Shown here: in pieces, positions 1 through 9,864 of the stretch
How positions within the stretch are numbered: the stretch's first letter is position 1
Layout: each line of letters opens with the position of its first letter
DNA from: Polyangiaceae bacterium
Lineage (GTDB): Bacteria; Myxococcota_A; Polyangia; Polyangiales; Polyangiaceae
Reading direction: 5' to 3'
DNA: 64,000 bases
Assembly: GCA_044376115.1 (NCBI GenBank)
Contig: JBILLK010000014.1
Location: forward strand, 64,001-128,000
Notes under the pieces: generated by a model
What the model was told of the DNA's origin: nothing
The model's input: the letters and a program-made list of their open reading frames with translations, nothing else
Database searches by the model: none
Made by a program: the position numbers and the translations under genes

Positions 1-136
1 GCGAGAGCGAGGCTGCATGAAGCCAGGTTGTTCGCGGACCTTCGAGGTCTGGCGCGGACTCGTGCTCAGCTACTCGAGGACCTTCATCATGGGTCATGGT
101 GACAGTATGGGCCGCCCGGCCGATGAGGATATGGAT

Positions 137-1456
137 TTACCGTGGAGACTCCTGTGTGGTCTCAAGGATGGCGGCCTCGAGAATCACGAGAAGTTCATCG
201 AGTGTTCCTTTATCCACATTGAGCGGCGGTGCGATGTAAACCGTATCGCCGAGCGGCCGCAGATAGGCCCCCAACCGCAACGCTGCCTCGTAGACCTTGG
301 GCCCGACCTTACCTCGATAGCCTGAAGCTCCGAGGTCTGCTGCTCCTACCATCCCAAGCGACCTGACGCGACGAACACCGGGGAGCCGCGCAATCCGCTC
401 CTGGAAGAAGCGCTCGATCGTTTTCGCGCGCGTTGCCACTCCCGTAAGGATCGGCTCGTCGCGATAGATCGCCAGAACTTCCCGGGCGACCGCGGCGCCA
501 AGGGCGTGACCACAAAAGGTGTGTCCGTGCATCAGCGCGCGCTCATCTCCGCCGCGAAAGCCGTCGTAAACCCGGCTGGTCGCCATCGTCGCCGCCATCG
601 GCAACATACCTGCGGTGAAGCCTTTCCCGAGACAGAGCAAGTCCGGGGTTACCCCAGCCTGATCCACAGCCCACATGGTACCTGTGCGGCCGTAACCGGT
701 GAAGACTTCATCGGCAATTAGGAAGGTATCGACCTGCTGCGTCAGCTCACGCAAGCGAGTCACAACTTCGGGCGGATGGATCTGCATACCTGAGGCGCCT
801 TGAATCAATGGCTCAATAACCACCCCCGCGATCTCATCTGGCCTCGTAAGCAGCTGATGCTCTATCGCAGACAGCACCTTGTCCCAGCCGGCGCTAACAT
901 CGGGCGGGCGAACAATCTCAAACAAAAGCGGCCCGTACACCCGATTGAATTCCTCGATCGAGGCAAGGCTGGCGGCGCCAAGGGTATCCCCGTGGTACGC
1001 GCCTGATAGAGCTATAAAGCGATGGCGATTGGGTCTGCCGTTTTGCTGCCAATACTGAAAGGCGATCTTCACCGCTACTTCCACAGCAGTGCTGCCGTTA
1101 TCGCTAAAATGGGTACGAATGAGTCCTGCCGGAGCCACCTCGGCAAGTTCACTAGCCAGCAACGCGATAGGGGCGTGCGTCATGCCCCCAGCCGCGACAT
1201 GGATCAGTTCCTCGAGCTGACGATGCATGGCCGTACGAAGCCGAGGCGGATTGTGTCCAAGCGTCCGGCACCACCATGAGGAGACGCCATCGATATAGCG
1301 TTTACCGTCGGCGTCGTGGACGTGGTCCCCTTCCGCAGACACGATGACGAGCGGCTGCCTACTCTCGTGGACCTCGCTCGAGGTGTAAGGCGGCCAGATG
1401 AACCGCTTCTCGAGCGAGACGATGTCCTCGCGCGAAACGAATGCAGGAAGTCTCAT
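137..1456 (-). CDS. bioA: Adenosylmethionine-8-amino-7-oxononanoate (DAPA) aminotransferase, PLP class III
   Basis: Motifs IWPPYT, IDGVSSWW, DNGSTAVEVAVK, YHGDT, ADEVFTGYGRTG, PDLLCLGKG and HGHTF. Start placed at the ATG at 1456. Confidence 0.92.
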   Translation of the reverse strand: MRLPAFVSREDIVSLEKRFIWPPYTSSEVHESRQPLVIVSAEGDHVHDADGKRYIDGVSSWWCRTLGHNPPRLRTAMHRQLEELIHVAAGGMTHAPIALLASELAEVAPAGLIRTHFSDNGSTAVEVAVKIAFQYWQQNGRPNRHRFIALSGAYHGDTLGAASLASIEEFNRVYGPLLFEIVRPPDVSAGWDKVLSAIEHQLLTRPDEIAGVVIEPLIQGASGMQIHPPEVVTRLRELTQQVDTFLIADEVFTGYGRTGTMWAVDQAGVTPDLLCLGKGFTAGMLPMAATMATSRVYDGFRGGDERALMHGHTFCGHALGAAVAREVLAIYRDEPILTGVATRAKTIERFFQERIARLPGVRRVRSLGMVGAADLGASGYRGKVGPKVYEAALRLGAYLRPLGDTVYIAPPLNVDKGTLDELLVILEAAILETTQESPR

Positions 1457-1463
1457 GGGTGAC

Positions 1464-2402
1464 TCAGAGCAGCCCGCCAAAGCCCTCACCTGTGAGCTCG
1501 ACTGAACGCGCCCACAACGCTCGCGCTGGCTCAACCTCGAGCGCCCGCTTGGCTGGCGTTACCAGTGCGGCGTCCCCCGCCATCTCCATGAATCCAGCCG
1601 GTCCATAGTATTCCCCCGCCTGAGCGGCTGGGTCGGTCAGCGCTCGCAGCTCAGGAAGCGCACCGCGTTCTTGAGACTGGGCCAAGAGCGAGTTGCCCGA
1701 CTTCATCATCCACTCGCCGAATGAAGACCCCGATAGGCGGGGACCCTTGGTTTGTAGCTCGGTGGCCGCGTAGCCCGGGTGGGCTGCTAGCGAAAGGACG
1801 TCGAGCTGCTTTGCTTTTATCCTTCTATCGAGTTCGAACGTGAAGAGCAGGTTGGCGAGCTTGCTTTGACCGTAGGCGAGCCACTTGTCATAGCGTCGCC
1901 GCTGAAAGAAGAGATCGTCGATTACTACCGTTCCGAACTTGTGCACGAGGCTCGAGACGGTGACGACTCTGGCGTTACCCGCCCGTAGCAGCAGGGGAAA
2001 GACAAGACTCGTGAGCGCAAAGTGACCCAAATGATTGGTACCGAGCTGCATCTCGAAACCGTCTTTGGTGGATGAACGTGGCAACGCCATCAAGCCGGCA
2101 TTATTGATTAGACCATCGAGGCGTTCCGTCCGTTCGGCCAGCTGCTGCGAAGCGGCCCGCAAACTCGAAAGGTCTGCGAGATCCATCGGCAAGAGCTCGA
2201 GTTCTGCGCCTGGAACCTCCGAGCGAATCTTAGCGATGGCCTCGTCTCCCTTGGCTTGGTTGCGACAGCCTAGAAAAACGTGCGCGCCCTTTCTTGCCAA
2301 TGCGCGGGTGGCTTCGTAGCCCAAACCGCTGTTTGCGCCGGTTATGAGGTAGGACTTGCCCGTTTGATTAGGAACGGAATCAGAGGAATGCCATCCGGTC
2401 AT
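1464..2402 (-). CDS. Short-chain dehydrogenase/reductase (retinol dehydrogenase-like oxidoreductase)
   Basis: TGANSGLG, NNAG, TNHLGHF, YGQSK (YxxxK) and AAHPG. Confidence 0.9.
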   Translation of the reverse strand: MTGWHSSDSVPNQTGKSYLITGANSGLGYEATRALARKGAHVFLGCRNQAKGDEAIAKIRSEVPGAELELLPMDLADLSSLRAASQQLAERTERLDGLINNAGLMALPRSSTKDGFEMQLGTNHLGHFALTSLVFPLLLRAGNARVVTVSSLVHKFGTVVIDDLFFQRRRYDKWLAYGQSKLANLLFTFELDRRIKAKQLDVLSLAAHPGYAATELQTKGPRLSGSSFGEWMMKSGNSLLAQSQERGALPELRALTDPAAQAGEYYGPAGFMEMAGDAALVTPAKRALEVEPARALWARSVELTGEGFGGLL

Positions 2403-2496
2403 GCCCCATCGGTAGCCCAACTTGCTTGCGGTTCAAAGCACCCGCATGCGTTTCCTAAGGCCGGCGCTCCGCTCGTTGCCTTGCGGCGCAAAGACG

Positions 2497-4977
2497 TCAA
2501 TGAAGCGCTTGAGATGAATCAGAGAGAATACGCAGCGAGCCACGGACTACGCCATAGCTACTCTCCGCACGGAGACGACGGTAGATCTCGGCGCCCGTAG
2601 CTTTTCCATCGAGCAACTCTCGATAGGCGGATACAACCTTTACCGTATCAGCTTCACTTTCGCGAACGAGCTCCACACGAAATCTACGAACCCCCGACGA
2701 TTGCAGCTCGGGGACAAGGGACGCTGCCGACTGCGGACTCGCGTGAAACACCGTATTGCGGCAACCGACGTCGGCAATCACGGGATGTTCGATGCCGGCG
2801 CGGTCTCGGAGAGAGAGAGCATGCCGCTCACAGGGACGCCCACAATCTCTGTGGTCCTTGCCGGTGGATAGCTCCCTAGCGAACACGCAATGCTCCATAT
2901 GGAAGAGCGGCATCGGATGGTGAACCACTACTTCAGCGTAGGCGGCAAAGCCGGCCTTTAGCAGCGCCACGAGTTGGCCCGAGTCGAGATCAAAGGCCGG
3001 GGTGAAGGCAGAAAGCCCTCGGCTCAGGAGTTCTCGGACTGAGAGTTGGTTGGTTGCGTTGAGCGAAAAGTCGCCCACGCGTACGAGCGTAGAGTGCGCC
3101 GCCGCCTCACGCAGCGCGCCGAGACCACGGATGAGCATTCCGTCGGGGTTTAGCCCAGACAAATAATGGTCTATCTTCTCTTCGCCGGGCTTCCGAATTC
3201 GCGGGGGCGCGACGCCAATGAACCCCGGGCCTTCGGCGCGCAGTGAGCGGACCGCAGCACCGGTTCCCTGCAGCTCGAGAATATCTAACCATACGCCATC
3301 TGCTCCGGCCGCACGGGCAGCCCGCGCCTGCTCGAGCGAGCGACAAAGTACATAGAGACCAGGCGTTGCGCTCGGCGGATTGGGAAAGGGGCGCGCCGCC
3401 AACTCCGCCGCGCTTATCGAGGTAGTGGCCCAAGAGCGCGAGCGGCGAGCCAGTAGCTCTACCGCGAGGGCACGTCGAAGCCGATTCAAGGCGGCCGGTG
3501 GCACCATAGGCTCCCCAATCAACTCCAGCTTGAGGTCCGCCAAGGAAAAGGGGGTATCCCCGAGTCGGCCAAGCTTCTCGCGAATGAGGGACTCTGTTGC
3601 AGCGCCATGAAGCGCCTTCTCGATGGGTGCGTCTCCGATGACGCTCGCCTCGACGCCATCCGCAAGGCTGCCTCGCAATCGCAAAGGCTCGCCAACGGTT
3701 GCGTGCAGAACCATGTTTACAGGCGTTTTCGCGGGCGGCGCCGAAGCCAACGCCAGCGCCTCCTTCTCCGAAGTCGGGTCGTCAGAGAGAAACACGCGAC
3801 GGCCAGCAACTACCGCGCTCGGCGGCAAGCTGCGGTCAGGTCCCAACCATACGAGCGAGTGCTCTCCCTGGTTCTGGCAAAGCCATACACGACCGCCCAC
3901 CTCCCCCGCGCCGGCTCGCCCCCCTTCAACCAAAAGGCCGTGTCCGGGCTCTATTGGTTTGGCCTGCTCGATTACCAACCAACGCTTGCCAGCCTCCGAT
4001 TTCACACCGGTACAGACGCCCATCAACGTCCCCCGATGATCACAAGAACGCCCCTCCACGAGTTGCTGGTGGTCAATCCCGGCGAGGAACCCTGGGCCCG
4101 AACCGCGGCTAAACGTTGCCAACGCCAGCGCCCGATCATGATCGCTGGGAGCGTCGGTTGCTCCATCGAGAGCGTCCACGGCACGGCGGTATAGCGCCGT
4201 GGTGGAAGCAACATACGCGGGGCCCTTCAACCGCCCCTCGATCTTGAGGCTTGCTACCCCTAGCTCGGCGAGCCGGGGGACAAGCTCGCTTGCCTCGAGA
4301 TCCTGTGGGGATAAAAGGAACGCCCGGTCCTGCGTGTCATGCAATTGCCCATCGACCAACAGATCGTACGGCAGTCGGCAGGCCTGTGCGCAGGCACCGC
4401 GATTCGCGCTGCGACCGCCGATCGCCTCACTGGTAAGGCATTGGCCCGAATAAGCAACGCACAGCGCACCGTGGACGAAGACCTCGAGTTCAACCGAAGT
4501 GCGCTGCTTGATGGCTTCGATATCGTGCAGCGACAGTTCCCGCGCAAGAATGACGCGACTTGCACCAAGCTCCCGGGCCAACTCCACGGAGTCAGCATCA
4601 GTGCAGGTCATTTGGGTAGACGCGTGAATTGGTAACTCGGGCGCGATAGCGTGAATGAGCCGTGCGACGCCGAGGTCCTGAACGATGACTGCATCCACAC
4701 CAGCGCGCGCACAGCGACGGATGGAGGCCTCCAGCGCTGGTAGTTCACTGTCGAATACCAACGTATTGAGCGCTACATAGCCTTTGCGCCCGTGTCGGTG
4801 GAGGGTCTCGATTGCGCGCTCAAGAGCGTCCTCTCCGAAGTTGGTCGCGCGTGCACGCGCACTGAAGGCCGTAAGTCCGAGGTAGACTGCGTCAGCACCC
4901 GCCGCAATCGCCGCAAGAAGGGACTCCTCATCGCCTGCCGGGGCCAATATCTCGGGTCGTCGCATGGTCATCGGCAT
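2497..4977 (-). CDS. U32 family Fe-S hydroxylase, long RlhA/YdcP-like form with DUF3656-type region
   Basis: PEILAPAG, GADAVY, HASTQ, LARELS, EVFVHGALCVAYSGQC, NRGACAQACR and LKIEGR; 826 aa with a second C-terminal U32-like half. Confidence 0.88.
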   Translation of the reverse strand: MPMTMRRPEILAPAGDEESLLAAIAAGADAVYLGLTAFSARARATNFGEDALERAIETLHRHGRKGYVALNTLVFDSELPALEASIRRCARAGVDAVIVQDLGVARLIHAIAPELPIHASTQMTCTDADSVELARELGASRVILARELSLHDIEAIKQRTSVELEVFVHGALCVAYSGQCLTSEAIGGRSANRGACAQACRLPYDLLVDGQLHDTQDRAFLLSPQDLEASELVPRLAELGVASLKIEGRLKGPAYVASTTALYRRAVDALDGATDAPSDHDRALALATFSRGSGPGFLAGIDHQQLVEGRSCDHRGTLMGVCTGVKSEAGKRWLVIEQAKPIEPGHGLLVEGGRAGAGEVGGRVWLCQNQGEHSLVWLGPDRSLPPSAVVAGRRVFLSDDPTSEKEALALASAPPAKTPVNMVLHATVGEPLRLRGSLADGVEASVIGDAPIEKALHGAATESLIREKLGRLGDTPFSLADLKLELIGEPMVPPAALNRLRRALAVELLARRSRSWATTSISAAELAARPFPNPPSATPGLYVLCRSLEQARAARAAGADGVWLDILELQGTGAAVRSLRAEGPGFIGVAPPRIRKPGEEKIDHYLSGLNPDGMLIRGLGALREAAAHSTLVRVGDFSLNATNQLSVRELLSRGLSAFTPAFDLDSGQLVALLKAGFAAYAEVVVHHPMPLFHMEHCVFARELSTGKDHRDCGRPCERHALSLRDRAGIEHPVIADVGCRNTVFHASPQSAASLVPELQSSGVRRFRVELVRESEADTVKVVSAYRELLDGKATGAEIYRRLRAESSYGVVRGSLRILSDSSQALH

Positions 4978-4980
4978 TGG

Positions 4981-5277
4981 CTAGCCCTTAGTCGGGCCGC
5001 CGTCACCCTCGAAGATCGACTGAACGTGAGCTCGACTGGGAGCCAGCAACGCGCCGAGTACGGCCAGCGCAACTTCGGTTGGCACCGCGTGCTCCTCGGC
5101 CGCCTTCCGCCAATGTTCTTGGAGTGCGTGCTCCCGCTCCAGATCCACCGCCGGCAGGCCAAGGGATTGCTTGCTCTTGGCAACGAGGGCGACGATGCGT
5201 CTGCGTTCCGCCAACAGGGCGATGATCTGGCGATCGACGGCATCGATGGCCAGGCGCCCGTCCTGGAGCGGGCTCAC
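4981..5277 (-). CDS. Stand-alone chorismate mutase, AroQ/type II
   Basis: RLAIDAVDRQIIALLAERRR..VAKSK...DLERE...SRAHVQ matches the AroQ catalytic R/R/K/RE/S/Q pattern. The GTG start at 5277 overlaps the upstream stop (GTGA). Confidence 0.82.
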   Translation of the reverse strand: MSPLQDGRLAIDAVDRQIIALLAERRRIVALVAKSKQSLGLPAVDLEREHALQEHWRKAAEEHAVPTEVALAVLGALLAPSRAHVQSIFEGDGGPTKG

Positions 5278-6332
5278 GGCAACCCCGGCACGTTGAGTTG
5301 TACACGGTAGAGGCTCGTGCGCGCGGTGATGAATAGCTCTCGGCGACCTTCCCCGCCGAACGTGCAATTGGCTGGCTGCTCAGGGACGGCTAGCGTTCCC
5401 CAAGCGGTACCGTCCGCTCGATAGACCTCCACGCCGGCCGACGTCGTTAGGTAGAGATTGCCAGCGTCATCGACGGCCATGCCATCGGAAGGCGGTGCGT
5501 CGATCAGCAGACTTCGCGCTCCGGTAGAGCCATCCGGAGCGACGTCATAGACGAATAGGCCGCCGTCCTGAGAATCACTGACATATAGTTTGGATTCGTC
5601 GGGAGATAGCGCGATTCCGTTGGGCTGACCGTACTCGTCTCCAACGAGGGAGACGCCGCCCGAGGTATCGACGCGATAGACCCCTCGCCAGGGGATCTCT
5701 TGTGAGCCGCCACCCAGACCATAGGTTGGGTCTGTAAAATACATTTGACCGTCACTGCGCACGATGACGTCATTCGGGGAGTTGAACGCCATACCCATGT
5801 AGTTTGTGGCAACATCGGTAACGTTGGGTGCCCCGGCCGCCGAGGATCGAGAGACGCGACGAGCAGCATGTTCGCACATGATGATGTCACCGTTGGGTGC
5901 GAGCCCGTTGCCATTGGTTTGATTGGAAGGTTCACGCCAAACCGTTGAGTTGCCGGTAGCTGGGTCAAGCTCCAGTATTTGGCTTGCCGGTATGTCGCTG
6001 AACCGTAAGACACCAAGCGCTGGGAGCCAAACCGTCCCCTCGGTGAATTGAAAGTCGCCAAGCGCGAGCGTAACCGCGGGCACGTCGGCGAGTGGGTCAA
6101 CGAGAGTTAGGTCGCCGCCTGCCCCGCCCTCACCACCTTGAACCGCGCCACCTTCACCAGCCCCGCCTTGGGAAATGGCCCCTGAGCCTCCTGAACCGCC
6201 CGAGTTGACGGAACCGCCTCCGCCGTCAGCTGCGCCGCCCGCCGAACTCGAAGCGTCATCCGCACAGCCAATGAACGATAGGTAGCCTAGGCCAAGCGAC
6301 AATGCGCACGACCCTCTCCAAGACATCAACAT
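5274..6332 (-). CDS. SMP-30/gluconolactonase family beta-propeller lipoprotein
   Basis: FTEGTVW, FSDIP, NSPNDV, PNGIALSPD, DGMAVD and NCTFGG; lipobox-like FIGC followed by a Gly-rich linker. Confidence 0.9.
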   Translation of the reverse strand: MLMSWRGSCALSLGLGYLSFIGCADDASSSAGGAADGGGGSVNSGGSGGSGAISQGGAGEGGAVQGGEGGAGGDLTLVDPLADVPAVTLALGDFQFTEGTVWLPALGVLRFSDIPASQILELDPATGNSTVWREPSNQTNGNGLAPNGDIIMCEHAARRVSRSSAAGAPNVTDVATNYMGMAFNSPNDVIVRSDGQMYFTDPTYGLGGGSQEIPWRGVYRVDTSGGVSLVGDEYGQPNGIALSPDESKLYVSDSQDGGLFVYDVAPDGSTGARSLLIDAPPSDGMAVDDAGNLYLTTSAGVEVYRADGTAWGTLAVPEQPANCTFGGEGRRELFITARTSLYRVQLNVPGLP

Positions 6333-6371
6333 AGTAACATTTGCGCCCAGTCGCCGCCGTGGGTCAAGCAA

Positions 6372-7835
6372 CTACTCGACAATAGCGCGGCTTAGCTTCT
6401 CACACGATGGACCGAACAAGGTGAGCGCTTTGGTCCGGTCGCCACGCGCACATTGGTTGGGCGGACCGCCACCCGTGGCCAAGCAGACGCCGTGCACCAC
6501 ACCGTCGAAGCGAGCAAAGAGCCCTGGAGCTCTTGCGTCCTCCGCAGTCGTAGGGATCGCAATGAAGTCTATTCGTTGGTCAGCAAGCCGCAGCTCGACC
6601 ATACCCAACGTCGCATTGGCGATCGGAACTCCGCTGATCTGTCCGGTCTCACTTGGATACAGTTCAATCGGATACACGATCTCAAGAGCGCCGCCTTCCG
6701 GTTTGGGGAATCGCAGACGCGAAAACTCGCTCTCCACACAGCGCCCCAGAGCTTCGGAGAGCGTGCCACTCCTTACGTTCTTGACCCGTGCAGTCGTACC
6801 GTCCGCGAGGATTGTAAAGGTCAGGCTAATGCGACCTGCGGACGCTGGTGCGGTTGCAAGGTCTTCAGCGTGGCAACGCTTGATTGCGGCATTCTGGCTG
6901 CGTACGGTGCGTTGAATGACCTCTGGGGCCAGCCAGCCACCGGTTCGCGGGGGTGGATACCGAAGCGGGGCCTTCGCCAGCTCTGAAGCTGGCGCCTGTG
7001 CCGACTCTACTGGCAAGTAGTTTTTACTCTCCTGGAGGTCGGCCTTGGGTACGAGCAGCACGCTTATCGCATAGTCATAGGGATTCTTCGGCCAGTCGAC
7101 GCGCCGCAAGTGCCGCTCAAAGCACGCCCCAATGAACTTGTCCGCGAGCGTGGAGGCAGCTCTCGGCCGGCCCTCTGGTGAAACGCGGAGGACGATCCAC
7201 GCTTCCTTCGTCACGTGGGGAAGCGCGCCAAAAGCGCAGCGTTCGAGGTCGCCTTGAACAGAGGCCAGGCCGGCGCCGAACGCTTTAGCATCAAGCGGTT
7301 GCGGCGTGTTCCAGTCGAAGGCGGCTAGTTGGCTATCGAGGCCAGGTCCAACCGGCGCACCAATGCGCTTCCCCGTTAGCGACACTTCGTAGCCGACCCA
7401 ACCCTCTCCCGATGAGGTCCGCGCCGCTTTCTCGAACGGGCCCGAAACGCAAGCCGCCAACGGATGCTGACGCAAGCTGCCAGTCAGTTCCGGAGCGACA
7501 TGTCTGCCAACGTTCGTCCTGAGCTGCAGCGTGCCTGCGAGCGTTGGATCGCGGGCCAGGACGGGAGCCAAGCAATCGGCAACCTCGGAGCTGACGCTGC
7601 GACTTAGCGCGACCGCCCCCGGATAGCTTCCGCTCACCGTCTCGTGAACACCAAGCGACTCGACGAGCGAGGCGGGGAGTTCTGCAGTAGCAGGCGAACG
7701 CAAAGGCTCGTTGAGGGCAGGCGCCGTACAATGAAGAGGCGCCAACAGCGCGAGCAGTTTGGCCATCGTGAAGACGGAGCCACTTGCAGAGTCCGTCTCT
7801 CCCTTCCGACTCAGCCCGCGCTCGACCTTCTTCAA
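6372..7835 (-). CDS. AgmX/PglI (TonB C-terminal-like) domain protein
   Basis: LAPEVIQRTVR..IKRC...AGRISLTFTI...LGRCV...LRFPKP..IVYP, plus two more degenerate copies. The start may instead be 7766. Confidence 0.7.
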   Translation of the reverse strand: MKKVERGLSRKGETDSASGSVFTMAKLLALLAPLHCTAPALNEPLRSPATAELPASLVESLGVHETVSGSYPGAVALSRSVSSEVADCLAPVLARDPTLAGTLQLRTNVGRHVAPELTGSLRQHPLAACVSGPFEKAARTSSGEGWVGYEVSLTGKRIGAPVGPGLDSQLAAFDWNTPQPLDAKAFGAGLASVQGDLERCAFGALPHVTKEAWIVLRVSPEGRPRAASTLADKFIGACFERHLRRVDWPKNPYDYAISVLLVPKADLQESKNYLPVESAQAPASELAKAPLRYPPPRTGGWLAPEVIQRTVRSQNAAIKRCHAEDLATAPASAGRISLTFTILADGTTARVKNVRSGTLSEALGRCVESEFSRLRFPKPEGGALEIVYPIELYPSETGQISGVPIANATLGMVELRLADQRIDFIAIPTTAEDARAPGLFARFDGVVHGVCLATGGGPPNQCARGDRTKALTLFGPSCEKLSRAIVE

Positions 7836-9364
7836 GAGGTGCGGCTGAGCATGCCGCGAGCGATTCGAGTAGCCAACGCCATGATGGTTAATTGGGGATT
7901 CACGCCCAAGCTCGTCGGAACGACACTCCCATCAGCGACGTAGAGCCCACGGGCTCCCCAGGTCTCACCCGAGGCTTGAACCACCGACGAGTCAGGAGAA
8001 ACGCCCATCCTTGCGCTACCCAACGGGTGCTGCGAGGAACACTCGAGCTTTAGGCCGGGCACGCGGGAAAAGTCCTTGGCCCGAAATGCGTCCGCGGTAA
8101 GGCCTGCTTGACCGAGAATCGGCGGAAACACTTCACGAGCGCCAGCTGCGAAGAAGGCTTCACCCATCTTGCGGATCATGTTCGGAATACGCTGCTTATC
8201 GGTCTCCGACATGGAGTACGTGAAGATCGGCTCGCGGCCTGGGCCGCGCCGAACCGCACCACCACCCTCGTCGTGAATCATCCCACCGAACACGGCGAGA
8301 TGCGGAATATCGGCCGCGCGGCGAACATGCTCGTTACCGAAGCCGGGCATGGTCGCGGCAAGCACGCCGGGCGGAACGAAGAGGCCCACCAACGTGATGC
8401 CCTCGTGCTCGAGCGAGCGGGAATAGGCGCTTTGTAGCGCGCCTCGCCAGCCATCGAGCCGCTCGTCGAACCGAGCGAACATACGGAAGGCAGGGTGCAA
8501 GGTCATGTTGCGACCAATTTGTCCCGAACGATCCCGGACGGAAGAGCGTGCGAGGATGAGCGGCGTGTGGGTGGCTCCTGCCGCGAGCACGACCCTCTTT
8601 GCTCGGACCTTCACGGTCTGCGCTCGTCGAAACGGACTTCGCTGGCGGTCTACGATCGTAGCGCTGACACCTTGCGCTCGCCCATCTTCGATCAGGACCT
8701 CATTGACCAGCACGTCCGAAAAGATGCGTGCGCCCGCCGCGACGGCGCGCGGGAGATAGGTGTAATCAACACTCAATTTGGCGCCATGAGGGCAACCGAA
8801 GTTACAGCGACCGCAACCATTGCAGCCGCGGGTGTTGCGTCGAAGTGGCTCGATTACGAGGCCAAGCTTCTCCGCACCTTGAATGAACTTCTTGGTTGAG
8901 AGGGAGCGCAATGAAGCCGGAACTTCCTCAACATGGATGGCGCGCTCCACTTCCTCGAAGTAAGGCGCAAGCTCCTCTGCGCCGAAGCCCTTGAGGCCCA
9001 GTCTCTGGGCCCAATCGTTCAGCACGTGCGCGGGCGTTCGGAAGCAAACCCCACCCGTGAGCATGGAAGACCCGCCGACAGCTCGTCCCATCGTCACGTT
9101 GATCGACGGCCCGCCGCCAAGCCCGACGGCGACGGTCATACCGCCATCACGCCACGCCTTGCGCAGATGCTGACTTGGACGCATCGATTCGATCTCGGCG
9201 GCCCGCAGGTGGGGCCCCTCCTCGAGAACGAGGACGTTGCGACCCGCCTCGGCCAGCAAACAGGCGACCACCGCGCCGCCTGCACCTGACCCTACGACCA
9301 CGTCATCGACATAGAGTTCGAGGGAGCGGCCGATTCCCGCCGCAGAAACAACGTCGAAGCTCAC
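7832..9364 (-). CDS. GMC family oxidoreductase
   Basis: VVGSGAGG, LEEG, GRAVGGSS, CNGCGRCNFGC, HPLGSARMG and LYVADGSVVPTSLGVNPQLT. Confidence 0.92.
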   Translation of the reverse strand: MSFDVVSAAGIGRSLELYVDDVVVGSGAGGAVVACLLAEAGRNVLVLEEGPHLRAAEIESMRPSQHLRKAWRDGGMTVAVGLGGGPSINVTMGRAVGGSSMLTGGVCFRTPAHVLNDWAQRLGLKGFGAEELAPYFEEVERAIHVEEVPASLRSLSTKKFIQGAEKLGLVIEPLRRNTRGCNGCGRCNFGCPHGAKLSVDYTYLPRAVAAGARIFSDVLVNEVLIEDGRAQGVSATIVDRQRSPFRRAQTVKVRAKRVVLAAGATHTPLILARSSVRDRSGQIGRNMTLHPAFRMFARFDERLDGWRGALQSAYSRSLEHEGITLVGLFVPPGVLAATMPGFGNEHVRRAADIPHLAVFGGMIHDEGGGAVRRGPGREPIFTYSMSETDKQRIPNMIRKMGEAFFAAGAREVFPPILGQAGLTADAFRAKDFSRVPGLKLECSSQHPLGSARMGVSPDSSVVQASGETWGARGLYVADGSVVPTSLGVNPQLTIMALATRIARGMLSRTS

Positions 9365-9780
9365 GGTTTCACCTCGATCATGCAGCTCAGTTTCTCTTGC
9401 TCTGGCGTGATGATGCCGCTCTCACGAAGCACGTCCGGATGCTCGTAGTAGATGATGCTGAAGATGGCCTTGACCGCGAGCAGCGGCAAACCAGCTGGCG
9501 AGTGCTCGAGCTTAGTGAGCGCGACGATGCGTTCGTCGATGCTTAGCCTGGCTAGCGGGGGGGCGCGGCCAATCAACGGCGGCGCTCCCCACATGGCTAG
9601 CGTAAGCCCCAGCCGCAACACCAGCTCGCTGCGGAGACCCGCGTGCGCAACGAAGTCGACTAGTTCATCGAGCAGGTACCGGATTCTATCCGGTGGCGGG
9701 GGCCCCTCGTTCGTAGCGTAAAGGGCCTCAGCAAAAGCTCGTGCAGCCGGCAACCAGTCTGGGGAGCGCGAAGGAGACAT
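9361..9780 (-). CDS. Small GMC partner protein (gluconate 2-dehydrogenase subunit 3-like)
   Basis: ATG at 9780; LARLSIDERIVAL...YYEHPDV pattern; its stop overlaps the GMC start (GTGA). Confidence 0.65.
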   Translation of the reverse strand: MSPSRSPDWLPAARAFAEALYATNEGPPPPDRIRYLLDELVDFVAHAGLRSELVLRLGLTLAMWGAPPLIGRAPPLARLSIDERIVALTKLEHSPAGLPLLAVKAIFSIIYYEHPDVLRESGIITPEQEKLSCMIEVKP

Positions 9781-9864
9781 CGCCGCTGACGCTACTCTGT
9801 GGGGAACTCCGTCGCGACAACGAAACTCTCGAAGGCGAAGGCAAACTATGGGAAACTGCCGGCC

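Noticed and set aside
1..97. Possible start of a minus-strand gene (MTHDEGPRV...) running off the window
   Set aside because: Only about 32 codons are visible and no motif supports it.
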